From: Monocercomonoides exilis PA203
Lineage: Eukaryota > Protista > Preaxostyla
Reading direction: 5' to 3'
DNA length: 64,000 nt
NCBI GenBank assembly: GCA_001643675.2
Contig: LSRY02000041.1
Span: 248,001 to 312,000 of the forward strand
The notes under the pieces were generated by a model. That model was not told the origin of the DNA. It saw only the letters and a program-made list of their open reading frames with translations, and did not search any database. Below, piece by piece: positions 38,201 through 53,159 of the stretch; the stretch's first letter is position 1; every line of letters begins with the position of its first letter. Made by a program: the position numbers and the translations under genes.

Positions 38201-41200
38201 CGAATCTGTTGTGCAGCCCCACATCGCCAGCTCTTTTACAAATGGCGCTCTGAAATCCAAAAGGAATTGCTCATCAGCAATTTGTGTTTCGATTGAGTGG
38301 CATCGAACATACACATCTCTCCCTCTGAATGCAGAGTTATCTCTGAATGTGATATTCGACAGAATAAAATTCAATGGCTGCTCAGCTGCTGAGGTGCATT
38401 CCAGAAACAGCCACCCACCTCTTCCTGTGGTTGAACAGAAGCACTCTGAAATTGTGCAAAATGAGCAGTTAAAGCTTCCTTCCTCATTCAAAACATAAAA
38501 CATCCCTCCTCCCTTTCCACACCTCGTTCCACCGCATTTCTTCATCGTTGTGTTTCGAATCACCATTTTCAATGGCTCATCATCATTATCATTTCGGATG
38601 ATCTGAATATCGTCAGTTGTGTTCTGGGTGATTTCTTCGAATATACTCCACCCAATAACAATATCTTGTTCTATTTCGTTTTTTTTTCTTCTTGAACTCT
38701 TTTCTATGCTCAATCCGCTTGCCCCGTCCAGCTCAATATTTTTCATCGTCAAATTTTTAACATTCAGAATAGTTGTTGACTGCACAGAAATAACATCCTT
38801 TGAAAAGCAAAGTGATTGTATTGAAACAAATTCCAACAGAATCGTGCCTCCATCTGCTTTGAGCAGCCCAAAGTTCATCATTTCTTCTTCTCTGTTTTCT
38901 TCCATTTTTGTGAAAGAGCAGTCTTTCAGCGTCAACAGTCCTTCGCTTGATCCAACATGCATCAAAACATTCACTCCACTTGCAAATGAAGATGGAATCA
39001 CAAACTTCATCAGCTCGAAATTTGTAATGCCCTGAATCTTCATTGCTGCTCCTTCTGCTCCTTCAAGCGATGAGACACATTCCAAAGAGCACATTTTTTC
39101 ATCATCCGATTTTACTGAAATTCCACTCACATCAACACATTTTTTAAGAAGTCCTTTTCCAATGATGTTAATATTTCTTTTATTTCCTTCAGACAATCGA
39201 TCCAATGAATAATCAATTGACAGACAAGGATAATCTGAGAATCCACAGGCACCCATATCTCTTCCTTCACTTCCAACAAATATCTTTGATCCTGTCGTGA
39301 GCCAGAAATAGACCAGTGGAATGGCATTCGTTGTGTCACTTCCGTCAAAGCCCCTCATAGAATCCAAAGAAAAATTGGACAGATGCCCAGTCACAAATGG
39401 AAGAGAGGCATTTGTGATGCTCTTCGTCAAGTTGGATGATTCAACAAACAGGTCATTTCCACATTTTGCAACATTTGGCTTGTCTGAACCAAAAACAGGG
39501 GATGATATCACAAATGAAGAAAAGCCATCAATCAGCTTCAGTGCCATCCCTCCCCCAAACCCAATCTTTCGTTCTTCTGCTGGTGCAGTGCATCCTGTGA
39601 ATGTGCATGAAATAATATTCATTTGAATGCTCCCTTTCAACTGAGCATCAATGGCCCCTCCTCTGCTTTCATCAGCAAGCACAGAACATCCATCAAAAAC
39701 ACATTCTTCAATATTTATTTCTGTGTTCGTGTTTTCATCATGGTTGTTGTCAATGCTCACACAGCCTCCGCTTCCAGCTGCTCTTTCGATTTTTGTGAAA
39801 TTGCTGTTCGTCATGTTCAACCAGGGAGTGTTCATCAACTCACTATTTATTTCACTTCCAGACAAAGAGATCAATGGATTTCCGCTCAAAGTGATTGAGG
39901 AAGCTGAGAAGGAATCAACTGACAAGGTGCCAGACTCAATAGATAAGAATAGAAATGCCATTTCTGATGATGGATTTTGAAGAGAAAGTGAACAATGAGA
40001 TAATATCAGTGATGATAATGAGGACGAAATAAAAGTGGAATGTGATGAGAGAGAAGAAGAAAGAGAGAAGATGAGTTTTGATAATTCTGTTTCAACATTT
40101 GTGGTCAGCATCGCAGCATCAGATTCAATTTCAATATCGGAGACTATCCAGCCACTTTGATCATCTTTTCCTCTGATTTCATGCTTCTGATCAGCAAAGG
40201 CCAATTCATCGCTCATCAAAATCTTTCCATTCACAATAACTTTCTTTTCTTCTGTTTGCCTTGTGAGAGAGTGCTTTATCGTCAAACAAGGGAATTGGAG
40301 GATTCCACAATTAGAATGATCGGATGCATCTGTGCCACTTACATGAATTTCTTCTGGTGTGGGAAGGAGATAAATGCACAGAGGGATAGCCAAAGTTGTG
40401 TTTCCATTGTCATATCCTCGAACTTTGTCAAATAAATCCAAAGAGGCTTCTACGCATGTGATTTTTTGTGATTCAACAATTTCTTCCAGATTGGGTGAAA
40501 TGACAAAAATATCATTCCCCCACTTGGCTGTGTTTATTCCGAATGAAGAAGATATCAAGATATTGGAACTTTCAGTCGATAATCGAAGAAGAATTCCTCC
40601 TCCAAGACCATTGGACGTTGAGCAAAAGCATCCATCAAAAGATCCGCCTTTCACTTTCACTTCGTTTTCATTCCCAACACATAGCATCATCGATCCTCCA
40701 TTTTCTGAATTTGTGCTTCCACATCCTTCAAAGGTGCAAGAATTCAGATCAATGTTTGTCTTGTCATTGGAAAATGACATCACAGATGCTCCGCTCGTTG
40801 TTCTCTCAATTCCATCAAAGGCACACTCAGAAAGTGCCAATGAAATGTCATTTGTCGAAGAAAGCGAAAACAACGAGGTTGTTGAGATTGTCTTTGCCCA
40901 GTTCACATGTTTCACTTGGAACATTCCGTTCTGAACGTTTATCAGCTCTGTGAAAAATGCTGTTACTGACGTTTGCGCACTTCCTGTTGATATGTTCAAT
41001 CTGCTAATATGCATCTCTCCTGTTCCAGTAATCTCAAATAGCCTTGACTCTCGATTATTTTCAAATGCACGGTCACACACAAGAACAAAGTCTCTGGCAG
41101 TCAATGTGCCTGTGGAGACTGAAAAAAGAGACAAACCAGATGCTTCAAATTCTATTTGAACCGTTGAGCTCAAATCGCTTTGGCCATATATTGTGTAAGA

Positions 41201-42962
41201 ATTGGTGTTGCAGTCCACACTTTTTGTCTCTGAAATCGAACCTGTGAGTATTGCAATATCAGTTACTAATTCTGGAATCAGCTGAGTGAGGCAGCGGCTG
41301 ATGGTGCAGCAAGGATAGCTTTCATCCAGTCCACACACATATGTATCAATGGCATTGGGTTCTGTTTGTACTGATGAGACAAATCTGATTTTTCCAAAAT
41401 CATTTCGAAGCCATTCACTTTTGTCAATGATGGGAATGTAATTTGTGACAACCCTGTTTTCTGTTTGTCTGGTAGTAAAGCAGGTGGAATCAATATTGTT
41501 TGTAATTGAATCTTGAAGCAAAACATCATGACCATATTTATCGCCTGTGTTATTGTGGAAAAAGCAGAAAAAAAGCAATGTTCCATTATTGTCACAATTT
41601 ACAAATAATGCCATTGCACCTCCTGCAAGCTTTGAATTGCAATTGCAAAATAGGCAGTTTGATATTACTGCTTGATCTGTGCAATTCCAATGCAAAATTG
41701 CGCCTCCGTCACCATTATCAGAACTATTACATCTACAGTTATCAAAATTGGAATTTATGATACATTCTTTCTGTTTTTCTGTTTTCGTTTGACGGAGTTC
41801 AATTGCTCCTCCATCATTGCCCGAAGAGCAATTTTGAAAGGAGCAATCTTCAACCATTAACTGAACGTATATGCTCTCCGCTGTAATTCCTCCACCACCA
41901 TAATCTGATCTTGAAGCACATGTACATTGGACGAATGTTGTATGTTGAACAAGGCATTCGGCAATATTCAAAGCATATATTCCTCCGCCTCTTGTTGAAG
42001 AAGCGTTGCATCTCACGAAAGTAGAATTTTCAATTGTCAAAATTGCATCAGCATTATCGTGCACATAAAGTGCGCCTCCTTGTGGTGCTGTACAATCAGT
42101 CCATTCACACAATGAAAAGGATTGGTTATCTGTCAAATTCATTTGCCCTTTTTTCTCAAGTGCATTCATTTCTCTTTTCCCGAAATTTATTGTTGTGTTT
42201 TTGCAGACAAATTTCTCTGAAGAAAGCGATCCACTTGAGATCCCTCCTTCAAAGGCATTCACGCACGAATAAATAAGGCAGTTATCCATTGAATTTCGAA
42301 AACATGAATGTTCCACTATATAATCACCATTTGAGGTATATTTCATTGACATGTTTCTGAAGTCGCAGTTTGAAATCTCTTCACTTTTGCTCTTTCCACA
42401 CAATAGGAAATAATCTGAAGCTGAAACAGCCAGATCTGCAACGATAGAATTTCTCAAAATGGCAGAATTTGAATCATCAGATGAAAAAGCAAGACTGGAA
42501 GGGTTCATATTCTTTTTGGGGATCAAACTCAGATTCACCACGCAGATTGACCCACTTTGCAAATGAAAAGGAGATCCCGATTTTTGGTGGGAAATGCATA
42601 AATCCAGCATCACACTAGATTCATCTGCTATTAGAATCAAAGGTGAAGAAGAATGTTCAAGAGCCACATTTTTCAGTCCTACTGTAGAATTGTAGAATTC
42701 AAAAAATGTATTTTTCACTGTAGATATTCCTAACTGCAATGTTTTCTCTCCTGAAAATGAACTCTGCTGGAACAAATAATCATTATCGACTTTTGATTGA
42801 AATTGTGCATCATTTGAGTTTCCTTCACCAAAATAAACACAATTCATGAAAAACACAAAAATCCAAAAGAATACCTTTGTTTACCAATGTGGCTGTTCCA
42901 GAGATATCTTGTGCTTCAAATGCCTTTCCAAGAATCAAACATGCCAAAATGCACAAATGCAT
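35210..42962 (-). CDS. Very large single-pass receptor-like protein with C-terminal kinase-like (pseudokinase) domain
   Basis: 2548-aa ORF. Probable upstream signal-peptide exon MHLCILACLILGKAFEAQ (ATG 42962) spliced via a ~52-nt intron. Extracellular GGA/GGG beta-helix-like and CGxxxxPCxSI repeats. TM YWLLIIVIMAVILLIVLIVSVILAV. C-lobe motifs RWKAPE, VFSIGMMLWECLTLQIPF and C...PEQRPS. Confidence 0.9.
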
Positions 42963-43786
42963 TCTCGAATGGATTGATAATCAATTTTGATTTGAAAATT
43001 TTTATTTTTTTCCGGATGATCAAATAGAAATAAATTATGGTTGTCAACACAATTGGAAAGAAAAAAGGATTTCTTTCAGCAATCGTTTTGAGAGCATGTG
43101 AAAGACATCTGAGGCACTTTCAAGGCACTGCCATTCCTTAGGTTACGATCAGCCATGAATCGGTGTCTGCTGATGCAGGTGACAATTTTTCACATCAAAA
43201 AATAAAAAATAAAAAAGATGAAATTTGAAAAAAATGAACAAAAATAAAAAAGAAAAGCAAAATCTGGGGATATGAAATATGTTCAAATTAATATGCACCA
43301 ATAAAATAAGAACCAATCTTGCATCACTTGTGAATCAACAATAAAATATTATTATTTCTGAATATTTTTGGTTTTTCAGAAAAAGTCGAATTCTTCATGT
43401 TTGCAGCATTGATCGTATTGAACATAAAAAAAGAAACTCATTAAACAGAAATATCTGTCCAATAAAGGAACAAAAAGTTGAAACTTCTATTTCAAAACAC
43501 ATACCCTCAAAAATTACTCTTTGAAAAGGTGTTGTTTCAAATTATCAAATGTCTCCTCTCCCAACGCAATTAAATGGAGATTCCTTCTTCACCAGCTGTT
43601 CCAATCTTCACTGAAAACATAAGGTGATAATCTTTCTGCTTCATTCTGTTTTTGCTGTTTCAGGTATTCATCCACCTTCTCTTTCTTCTTCCTCTTCTCT
43701 CATTTTCTCATTTTCTTTTCATTTGACCTTTCTCCCTTGACAGATTTATATTCTTTCCCTTTATACTATTCCACAGTTTCTCTTCC

Positions 43787-43813
43787 TTCTCTCTCTCTCT
43801 CTCTCTCTCTCTC
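43787..43813. repeat. (CT)n microsatellite
   Basis: About 13 consecutive CT units. Confidence 0.85.
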
Positions 43814-46017
43814 TTCCCTTCTCTTTTTTCCTTATCATTCTTCCCAAGCATCATTAATAAATTCATCTTTTCCTTCAACTGTAATCTTTTTTCTGCCCAA
43901 ACCTCAAACACCAAATCTCCTCTTCTTCAAATAAATCTTTTGGTGAGTGATTTATCATCATCATCCCCTCCCTCAAACTTTCTCTTCGTTTTCTCTCTTC
44001 ACCATTCTTCCTTTCACACTCTCTCCTGTTTCACCTTGTTGCATCACTTCTCCAGCTTCTTCACCCAAAACATCCAAATGCATTCTTCTCCTTTATTCGT
44101 CATTCGCTTTTTTTCTCTTTCTTTTTTCTTTTTCATCCATTTTGGGAAGCATCCGATGTTTGACATTCAAAAATACCCATCTATTAATTTTCTGCGAAAA
44201 GAAACTTTTCAGAGACCGCTTGTTCTGATTGAGAGGAGATGTTTCGTACATCCTTCTCTGTAAACATTCTTTAAAAAAATAATAAAAAATAAAAATTTTT
44301 TATATTTTGTTATAATAATTCAAAAAATACATTTTCCAAAAAAAAAAAAAAAAAAAAAGAAAAATAAAATAAATCAGAAAGTTTTTTTTAATTTTTCAAT
44401 TCTTCAAATTTTTCATCATTCAAAAAAAATCAATTTTTTCTGCGAACAAACACTTGCACATTTTGTCCTTCTTCGTCAGCCAAGTTTCCATGCGAAATAT
44501 CGACAATCCCATTTGCCTCTTCTCCCTTCTCAATCTCTTGTTCCTCGCTTTCCGTTCTGCATTAGCCCTGCTTCCATCTCTTCCTTCTTCCTCCAAATAA
44601 CTCCATCCTTTCATTCTCTTCTCCGTCTTCTTCTTTTTCCTGTCTATCATTGCTCGCTTTCAATTCTTCCAATAACGTTGTCTTTTCTTCCCATGAAAAT
44701 CCTTCCAATGCACAATCGTTCAACATCACAGCCTTTTCTGATCAATTGCATGCCTTTGAATAAAAATCTGGTATGTCTCCAAAATGCCTCTTGTTGAAAT
44801 ACCTAAAAAGGAAAAGAAATGTGAAAGCGAATGGCACAGAACAAATGAATAAAAAATTCAAACCTCACAACAAATGCAGAGTGGTTGATGTCCAACGACT
44901 GTTCCAAACTTCATTTTTCAAGTAAAAGCAGCCAATGTATTTTCAGCAAATTCAAAAAGATTACAATGAAAATGGCAGCATGTTCAACAAAGAATGAAGG
45001 CTTTGATAGAACTGAATGTTATTTATGTGAAAACTGTTGAAATCAGCGTTATTCTTTTGGTTTCGCCTAGCAAGGCAAATAAATGCATAAACTATCAAGG
45101 GCATGTTGCACAAAAAATGGTGAAGCCTTCAAGTGCACCCTTGTCAGTTATCTGAAAATTGCTGTGTTTTGTGGATGAAATCGATATCTCCTCCATTGTT
45201 AACATTTTGGTTCTGGCAAATAAAAGAGGGACTGTCATTGAACTATGTGTTGGATGTTTTGTTATTCTTCCGATGTTGTTTGTTCGCGTCGTTGAGCTGC
45301 GTTGGTTGAATTATGATTTGGCGATTTTCCTTCCTTTGAAAAAACCTTCACTCCCAATCTTTTTGCCATTGTGTATCCATCACAAAGAAAGAGCAAAATA
45401 ATTTATGCCCTTTCTTTTTCAATGCTTCTCTTAAAAAAAGGTTTGATGAAGAATTTACAGTTATCAAATCATCTATTATGGTTAAAAAAAGAAAAAATGG
45501 GACGAAATATTTTGCGTTGTGAATTTTGTTCCACACAGTACTTTCAAGATTTTTCTCAAGTTTTTAATATTTCAACATTCAATATAACACAACAACGTCA
45601 GTTTTGTAATTATACGATTCCAAAAAAAGTTTGGAATAAATCATTAGATTTTTCATAAATGAAAAAATTCTGTCCCAAATGAGATTTGACAAGTTATTAA
45701 TTCAATTTTAATTACTTTGTATTGAACGTATATGGGTGAATGTTTTTCTTCCATCATTTGACAAATAATGTTTTTCGTTTATTAGACCTAATTTTGAATT
45801 ATTATCTCATTTTCAAAAAGTTTGCGAAAAAATATAAAAAGAAAAATAAATTTTCAAAAAAATCTCGAAAAATTGAAAAAGATTGAATCATTCACGATAG
45901 AAAAAATGTTGGCATTCAATCAAAAAATTTTCATTTTAATATATGGAACTGATCAGTTCATTCTTTTTGATATATTTTTTATCATGGAACAGTCAACATT
46001 GCAAAACATTCTTTGTA

Positions 46018-47387
46018 ATGTCGAAAAAAAGAATTGCACTTCCAACGCATATTAAAACTGTTTCAGCATCATTCAAAAAATCATTGATTGAAATATCGTT
46101 AGAATTAATTAAGGATCCTTTAAATGGATTTTTTCGACTAACTGGATTTTCAAAAAATGAATTTGATATTCTTCTTCAACTTCTCGATCAAGAAATTACT
46201 CCACGTCGAGATAGAAAAAAATATATCAAAAATTTCGTAGTCCAACTATTTATTTTACTGAATTTTCTTCATCTCGGTTCAACAAAAATGACAAGTTATG
46301 TTACAAAACCATATTACAATTCTCATTCTGCCGTGATTTGTTTATTACATGACATTTGTTGCTCGGTTAAACAACCACTTTTGGACTTGCTATTATCTTT
46401 TAGAAATGATCGTGTGAGAGAAATTCAGGATGTGGGATTAATTGTCGATTGCACTATTCTACCAATAAACTGACCAAGTGGAAAAAAAAAACGGAATGAA
46501 GTTTTTCAGTGGAAAGCACTATTCATATTGTGTAAAAGTGGAAATGGGAGTCAATCCCAAACTTGGAATTGTAAACACTGTCAATTATATTTTTCCAGGA
46601 AGCACACATGATTATGTTGTGTTTCAACATCATAATTCAACATTTGAAAACAAATTAGGAAAAGCGAAACTGTTGGCAGACTCAGCTCGCATAGGTGCAA
46701 AAACATGGCTAGGGGCTTACATTACAAATCCGTGTGGAACGCCAGAGTTGTCGAAGTACGGGGTGATCATTTAGCGTTTTTTCGGAAGGTTAAAGACTGT
46801 CTTTGCTGTATTTCGACAGCATTGGCCATTGAGCATCGAAGAAGTTGGAGATTTTTTTATTGTTGCTGTTTGTTTAACAAATTTTCATATTTTACAGAAT
46901 CCTTTAACAGCCTCAGATTTAGAAGCCAATAATATTTTTTTTGCTAATTTACATATGGGGTGAAATATTTCACTTCAGGCATTTTCACTGAAAAATAATG
47001 CACTTTTCATTGACTTTTTCAGAATACAAAACACAATAAAAATGGGTACATTTTTTGACATTCGTGAAATGTCACTACACTTTATGTTTTGATTTCAACG
47101 ATGCCTGTTTACTGATGTGAAAATCAAATTAATTTCAAAATTTGAGAAAGTGAAATAAAGTTATGAGTGAAGCAATTTTTCAATGCCTTGTGCAAAAAAA
47201 AAACTTGAAAATTAGTATTTCCCCCCATATGGAATATGCAAGAAAGCAGAAAGCAAAGAAAGAAGCAAATCAGAAGTATTTGGAGAAACATAGAAATAGA
47301 TTGAATTCATCATCATCGATAACATCATGTTCTTCATTATTTCTTAATGACGATTTAGGTTTGTTTTTATTATTTGATCCATATTAA
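46018..47387 (+). pseudogene. DDE_Tnp_4 (PIF/Harbinger-ISL2EU type) transposase, disrupted
   Basis: FRLTGFS N-terminal motif; IVDCT (D1), FSGKH, PGSTHD, LLADS (D2) and II*RFFGRLK (E mutated to TAG). TGA plus frameshift at ~46471. C-terminus interrupted by the MITE at 46957-47226. Confidence 0.85.
46957..47226. mobile_element. ~270-bp GGGG...CCCC MITE, copy 2, ATAT target duplication
   Basis: Termini GGGGTGAAATA / TATTTCCCCCC. ATAT at 46953-46956 and 47227-47230. Homologous to 715-982. Confidence 0.85.
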
Positions 47388-49790
47388 TGTTAAATTCTTT
47401 GAAAAAACAACATTTTCATCAACAATATACCATTATAAATTTATTTTAGAAGTCTTAGTGGAAAGCTGTAACCCACACTCAAGTGCAACTACAAGTGAAA
47501 AAGATCAAGAAAAGAAAAAAAAAGATGAAGATTTGTGAACGAGAAGAAAGAAATAGAGAAGAAAATGAAGATCAAAGAAAAATTGAAAATGAAGTCCATG
47601 ATCACGAAACCATAGACTACTCATCTTCATGGCATCTTCCCTTTCAATGGAAATCTGCATGTCTTCATAGAGTTTCATCACCATCTAACTTTCCAATCAC
47701 ATTTTGCTCATCTCAATCTTCTTCAACACAACCTTCTTTGACTCAATTGTCTCATCTTCACAATTGCATTCAAAATCAGTATCTTCATCAATACCCTCGC
47801 TTCTGTATTCTCTGCCTCAACCTAACTTGTATTTTCCTTCAATTCTCACTCTTCCTTCATCTTTATGCACATTTCCTCCTCAAAATTGCAACTTACAATC
47901 ATCTTTGAATTTCACAGCTTCTTCTGGTTCAATTTCCACTCAAAGCAAAACTTCTTCATCTTAAAATTAAAAAACATCTATTTGAAAAAAGAAATCAGAA
48001 AGAAGCAAATTATTTTGCCAGTTTTGAATCGCAGATATAGATTAAAAGAGAGTTTCATTATAATGTTTTATTCTTTTTATTTTTGTTACTATTATTTCCA
48101 AGTTGTTCGTTATATGTTGTTTGTTTTGCACATCACTTACAAATAAAACAAAAGCTGTTGCTAAAATTCTTTAAACATTCTTTTTTTAATTATCTTTATA
48201 TTTTGTGTGATTGAGATGAAAAACTTCTCTTATTAACAAAACTTTGACAATATAAAAAGGATTTTTTAAATTATGTTATAAATAAGACAAAAAAAAAGTT
48301 ATTTGGTGAAATTTGATATGAGAGGAAAATAAAAAATGAAAAACAGATAAGATTCATGTTAATAAAACATTTTAATATTCCATCCTCACCTTGCTTTTGA
48401 ACAATTTAAAAAAGTTTCAAGAATCGAATCAAACAAACATAAACAATAAAAAACTTAAAAAAAACATTTTAATACTGAACAAACAGACCTTCTATTACAT
48501 TTTTTTTATAGTTTTGTTTTGTTTGTAATCATTAATTCTTCAATTAAAAAAATAGCGATCACAAAAGCTTTGATCATAAAAATGCATTTAACAGCAGAAA
48601 AATAAAGTGTATTTCAAAAAATATTGAGTCATTCGCGAAAAGAAAAAAACATTCACATAAGAATAAACAATTCGCAAAAGAAAAACATATTCGAGTATAG
48701 GTCTATTTTTATGAATTATTATTCTAATTTTTTCCCATCGATGGAAGTTTTCAAAAATTTTCAAACTTAAGATTTCAACGTTTTCAGTGAAACGATTATT
48801 TCTCAATTTAAACTTGTTATAAAACATTAATTTTGCACATTGATGATTTCTGAATTTATTATGTGTCAAAATTTATTTGAAAAGTTCATTTTGTTTAATT
48901 TTCAAATAATATGAAAATTTCATGTTTCGATCAAATTTCTGTTCACGCTCACAAACAATCACCGTCATGAAAATAAAATCTTGACATTGCTATTATTGCA
49001 ATTTTTTGTAAAGTTTCGTTTGAAGGAACAGAAATAAGATCGAAATATGAAATTTTTTATATATATGAAAATTAAACAAAAGGAACTTTTCTAAAAAAAA
49101 TTTAGACATATAATAAAATTTTAAGAACATAAATTTTTAAATGAAATAATATGATTTCTAAAATAATCTCCCATATCCAAAAGAATTACAATAACTGACA
49201 GAATTCTTGCATTTATGAAAAAATCAATTATTTGTTCCTAACTATTGCCGCTATCTAATTATTAAAAATTTGAAATTCTTTTGCTAAATTAAATATAGAA
49301 ATATTGAAAAGTCGAGAAAAATATTCCAAAGAACTGTGTAGAACAAAATTCACAAAGCAAATAATTTCGTCCAAAATGTTCATTTTCACAATTTATTTTG
49401 TAATGCAAATGAAAAATTTATATCCTTTCATATTTTTAATTCAAATGTTTTATTATAAAAAACTGTTTGTATTTTTGAGAAATAAATCTAATTGTAAAAT
49501 AGTCGAACACAAATAAAAAATAATTAAAAATCAAGACAAAAATTAGTTTGTAAAAAAGGAAAACAATTCGCATTTCCAAACTCAATGCAGAAACAAAGTT
49601 ATAAAAAAAATTATTAGATGGAAAAACTAACACAAACAATAAAAATCCAACATTTTATCAGATATTAATTAACAATAATTTGTGATAGCACAAACAACAG
49701 AACAACATAATCAAATACACAAAAGTCACTCGAAATCTTTAAACAAAAATTGATTGTAACAAAACAAAAACGCACTACTCATTTCCTTTC

Positions 49791-51487
49791 CTAATCAGAA
49801 GAAGAAAGGAGAGGAGTAGTCTCAGACTGTTCTTCAACATTTACAGAGAGTGAAATGTTTTGTAAGGAATTTGTTTCGTCCATGCTTGTTTTTGGACTTT
49901 CCGATTCTTTCCAACGCAAAAGATTCATCGGATCAGACATCGCTGCTGCCATGCACTCGCTTGTGGTGGCCGTCATACATTGGAGCTGCATCGAAACCAT
50001 TTCTTCTTTGTTTTCGTCGCTCAGTTTGCTGAAATGGAAAGATTTGCCTTTTCCTCCGCGAGGCATCGATTGCAAAAAGAGAACAGTAACACAGCAAGAA
50101 CAACCTATTATTGCATCCGCTAGAAAATCCCACTGCAAATAATGCTTTCCGGCAACGTACAAATCCATTGGCGCATTTATTCCCGCTGGCAAAAGCGATG
50201 AAAAAGATTGGCCCATCAGTTGCACAAGTGAAAGCAGACCCAAATACATTCCCAACTCGTCGCCTGCTACAAGCTCCGCCAGCATAACCGGAGGGATTGT
50301 AAGCAAAAGCGCAGACGTTATTCCAAGTACGAAATTGGTCACGAAAATGATCCATATGTCTGACGGTTGGAGGTTGCTCATGAAAAACATCACAAAAAAG
50401 CAAGCAGTTGAAAGACCTTCGACCACGAAAAACACTTTCTTAATTCCAACTTTCTTTATAAGAGGCGATGCCACTGCAGAAAAAAGAAGCATAGAAACGA
50501 CTATGACTGAATATGCAATCGAGCCTAACGTAACACCTTTTTTGTAGTTTTTCTTGCGCAACTCTTCGTCCATTCCCTCATCATCTGTATGAAAGATTGC
50601 ACTTGTAACAAACAATGTCATTGAGGATCCATAATACAAAAATGCGAGACAAGACAAGAACGTGAGCAAAAAAATTACGAACAATTGTCGATTTTTCAAA
50701 ACGTATTTCAATCCTTGAAATATGTGTGCACCTCCGCTGGTCTTTTTGTGAGCACTACTCGACTTATGTTTTGGATCAGGAGCAAAAATAAAAGTCATCA
50801 AATTAAGGATTATAACGATTCCACCGATGAAAGCATATGAATAGAAATGGGATGCAATCAGGAGAACTCCCGTCAAAGAACCAAGACCGTAAAGAACAAG
50901 GACAATTAAATTTCCAAATAATTTTTGGTCGTCTGCAGCAAGATCAAAAACCAAGGTCTTTCCAGGAACTGTTTGAAAATTTCCGGATAAAAGCAAGATA
51001 ATAAAAGAAACAACAAGTAAGAAGATATTTTCTGCTTTTTTGTTAAATGCTTTATTTGAATCAAAATATTAACATTGAAAAGTCAACGAAAGATTAACCA
51101 CAAATTAACAAACGTCCTGTAACAACAATTGCAAAGCTAGCAACTGCAACCAATGCAAGAATCATTCCAACAAAAATAAACGGCTTTCGCCTACCAAAAC
51201 GAGATGGACATCGATCACTCCATTCTCCAACAACAGGGTTTAGTAAACCCAAGAAAGTAGCTCCTGCTCTAATAAGAGGAACAGCCCATTTTGGAGTTCC
51301 AAATTCTTTTTATGCATATTGAAAAAGAGAAGAAATAATTAATATGTTTCAAACGAATAAGTTGAGGAGATAGAACTGTAAGAGAAATTGCAGAAATTAG
51401 GGGTTGCGTGGATGTATGCAATGCAGCAGCAAATAGTCGAAATGGATGCGCCCTTGGCTTTTGTTGCTTTATGACATCATTTGTCAT
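49791..51487 (-). CDS. MFS sugar/H+ symporter, SLC45/SUT (GPH)-like, multi-exon
   Basis: ATG 51487. Exon ~51115-51305 reads [25 protein letters not shown], the SUT/SLC45 loop motif. The 401-aa terminal ORF has many TM segments and GMYLGL. Confidence 0.85.
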
Positions 51488-51661
51488 CTTTTCTTAAGGT
51501 TCAAATTGATCATTGAAAGAAATAAAAAAATCGCAAAGTTCAAATTAAATATTTTCAAATCAATAAATATTACTCAAGAGGATGTGACATGGCAATTGAC
51601 TTTAATAAATAAATTAATAATTCCACAATAAAATGTTTTGTAAGAACTACTTCAGTATTAT

Positions 51662-53159
51662 TCAAACATTTGTCATGCCACGCTCGTCTTCAGGTCCATA
51701 ACCATAACTGCCATTGTCTGCATAAATTTCATTGTTTGTTTGAATAAATGCTTCATTTTCGTAATTGTGATGATCTTCTTCCAGCAATCCTGTTCTTATT
51801 TCAACATCACCTTGAGACCCATTTGAACTTCTGAGCATCTTCTTCTTCTTCTTTTTCTTTTTTTTTTTCTTCTTCTTTCCTGTCGATGTTGTATTCTCCG
51901 TCGAAATTGAGTAGTCAACCGACTGCTGCTCGCTCGCCATGCGGTCAAACGAGTTGGTTGCAAGCGAGCCCATCGACGAGAAGTTGGATGAATGGCGGCT
52001 TCCTTCCTTCAGCGCCCTCCTCTCGCCCGCATAGATGTTGCTGCCTTCAGACAGCCTCTTCGCCTTCGAGGAGTCTCCACGGGGACTCGACGAAACACGC
52101 ACCACCAGCACTATCATGATGAACAAGGCCAGCCCGCTCTCTCCGACAATCGTGTTTATCATGGCAAGGATATTCTGTGTGAGGATGCTGCCTTCATCCT
52201 TGATAAATATCACCATCACTGCAAGCATAATTGCACGAAACAAAAATATTATTAATCCCACAATCATCTGCACAGCTATTTTTTGTTTCAATCTTTTGAG
52301 TTGTGGAGGACCATGCAAAACAGATAGTCTTTTCAACACCAGAGCGCCTAAGAAAGTGAACAATAGATATTGAATAAATGTAAAATGAGAGGTTACGAAG
52401 CAATTTATATTTTAAAATGAAAAGACAAAAAAATTTTTTTTTCAATTGCAATATTTTACATACCATACAAAAAGAAAATTATTGCAACGCATGCATTCAA
52501 TGCAACATTATAATATGACTCGGCTTTATGTATTTGTTTGGAAATATTTTCATCATTTTTGAAGCCAAAAACACACCCAATTAGAGCAAGGGGGATCACA
52601 AAGCAAAATATGATGATTAGAACAACCATTATCCACAGTCGTGGACCTCCAGAATGCTCATCCGCATGAATTGCAATAATCCAATGGGCAACAACACATA
52701 TAAAACAGGTCAAGAAAATATATCCTGACAATGCAGAAACAAGAATCTCATGTGGCTTTTGACCTCCAATCAGCTTTTGTGACATTTCAAATGCTGATAA
52801 TGAAACAAGTCTTCGGAGAAGAACAAAAGACCAATATTGAAATTCATAATCACATAACAAAAAGTGAAAAATACAACAATTTGAAATTTCATAAATATTA
52901 ACACGTTGGAAAAAACCTCAAAATAAATGAAGTTGGAAGCATCCATCTAAAAGCTGCCTGCAAATGAAAAACATCTTTTGGGCGATGTTTTCTTCTGAAT
53001 ACTTCAAGTCTGAGCAGCTCTTCAACAGAAATTACCACCATTATACTTGTAATTACTCTTTGTGGTTAAAAGAAATAAATTAACAAAACTTCGAACTGAA
53101 ATAAAAGAGAATAGCATTTCATACATTTCACAAATTATAAAAGGTCCATATGTAATCAT
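51662..53159 (-). CDS. Multi-exon multipass membrane protein, possibly TOM1/THH1-GPR137-like
   Basis: Hydrophobic ORFs 52456-52860 and 51662-52363 splice to AIIFFLYGALVLKRL. Several TM helices, then a Ser-rich, poly-Lys cytoplasmic tail. 5' exons are approximate and the family call is tentative. Confidence 0.6.

Noticed and set aside
45720-47480. Termini for the Harbinger-like element (GGGTGAA at ~45734; TGTAACCC at ~47467, resembling element C's end)
   Set aside because: Match is too short and one-sided, with no convincing TIR pair or TSD.
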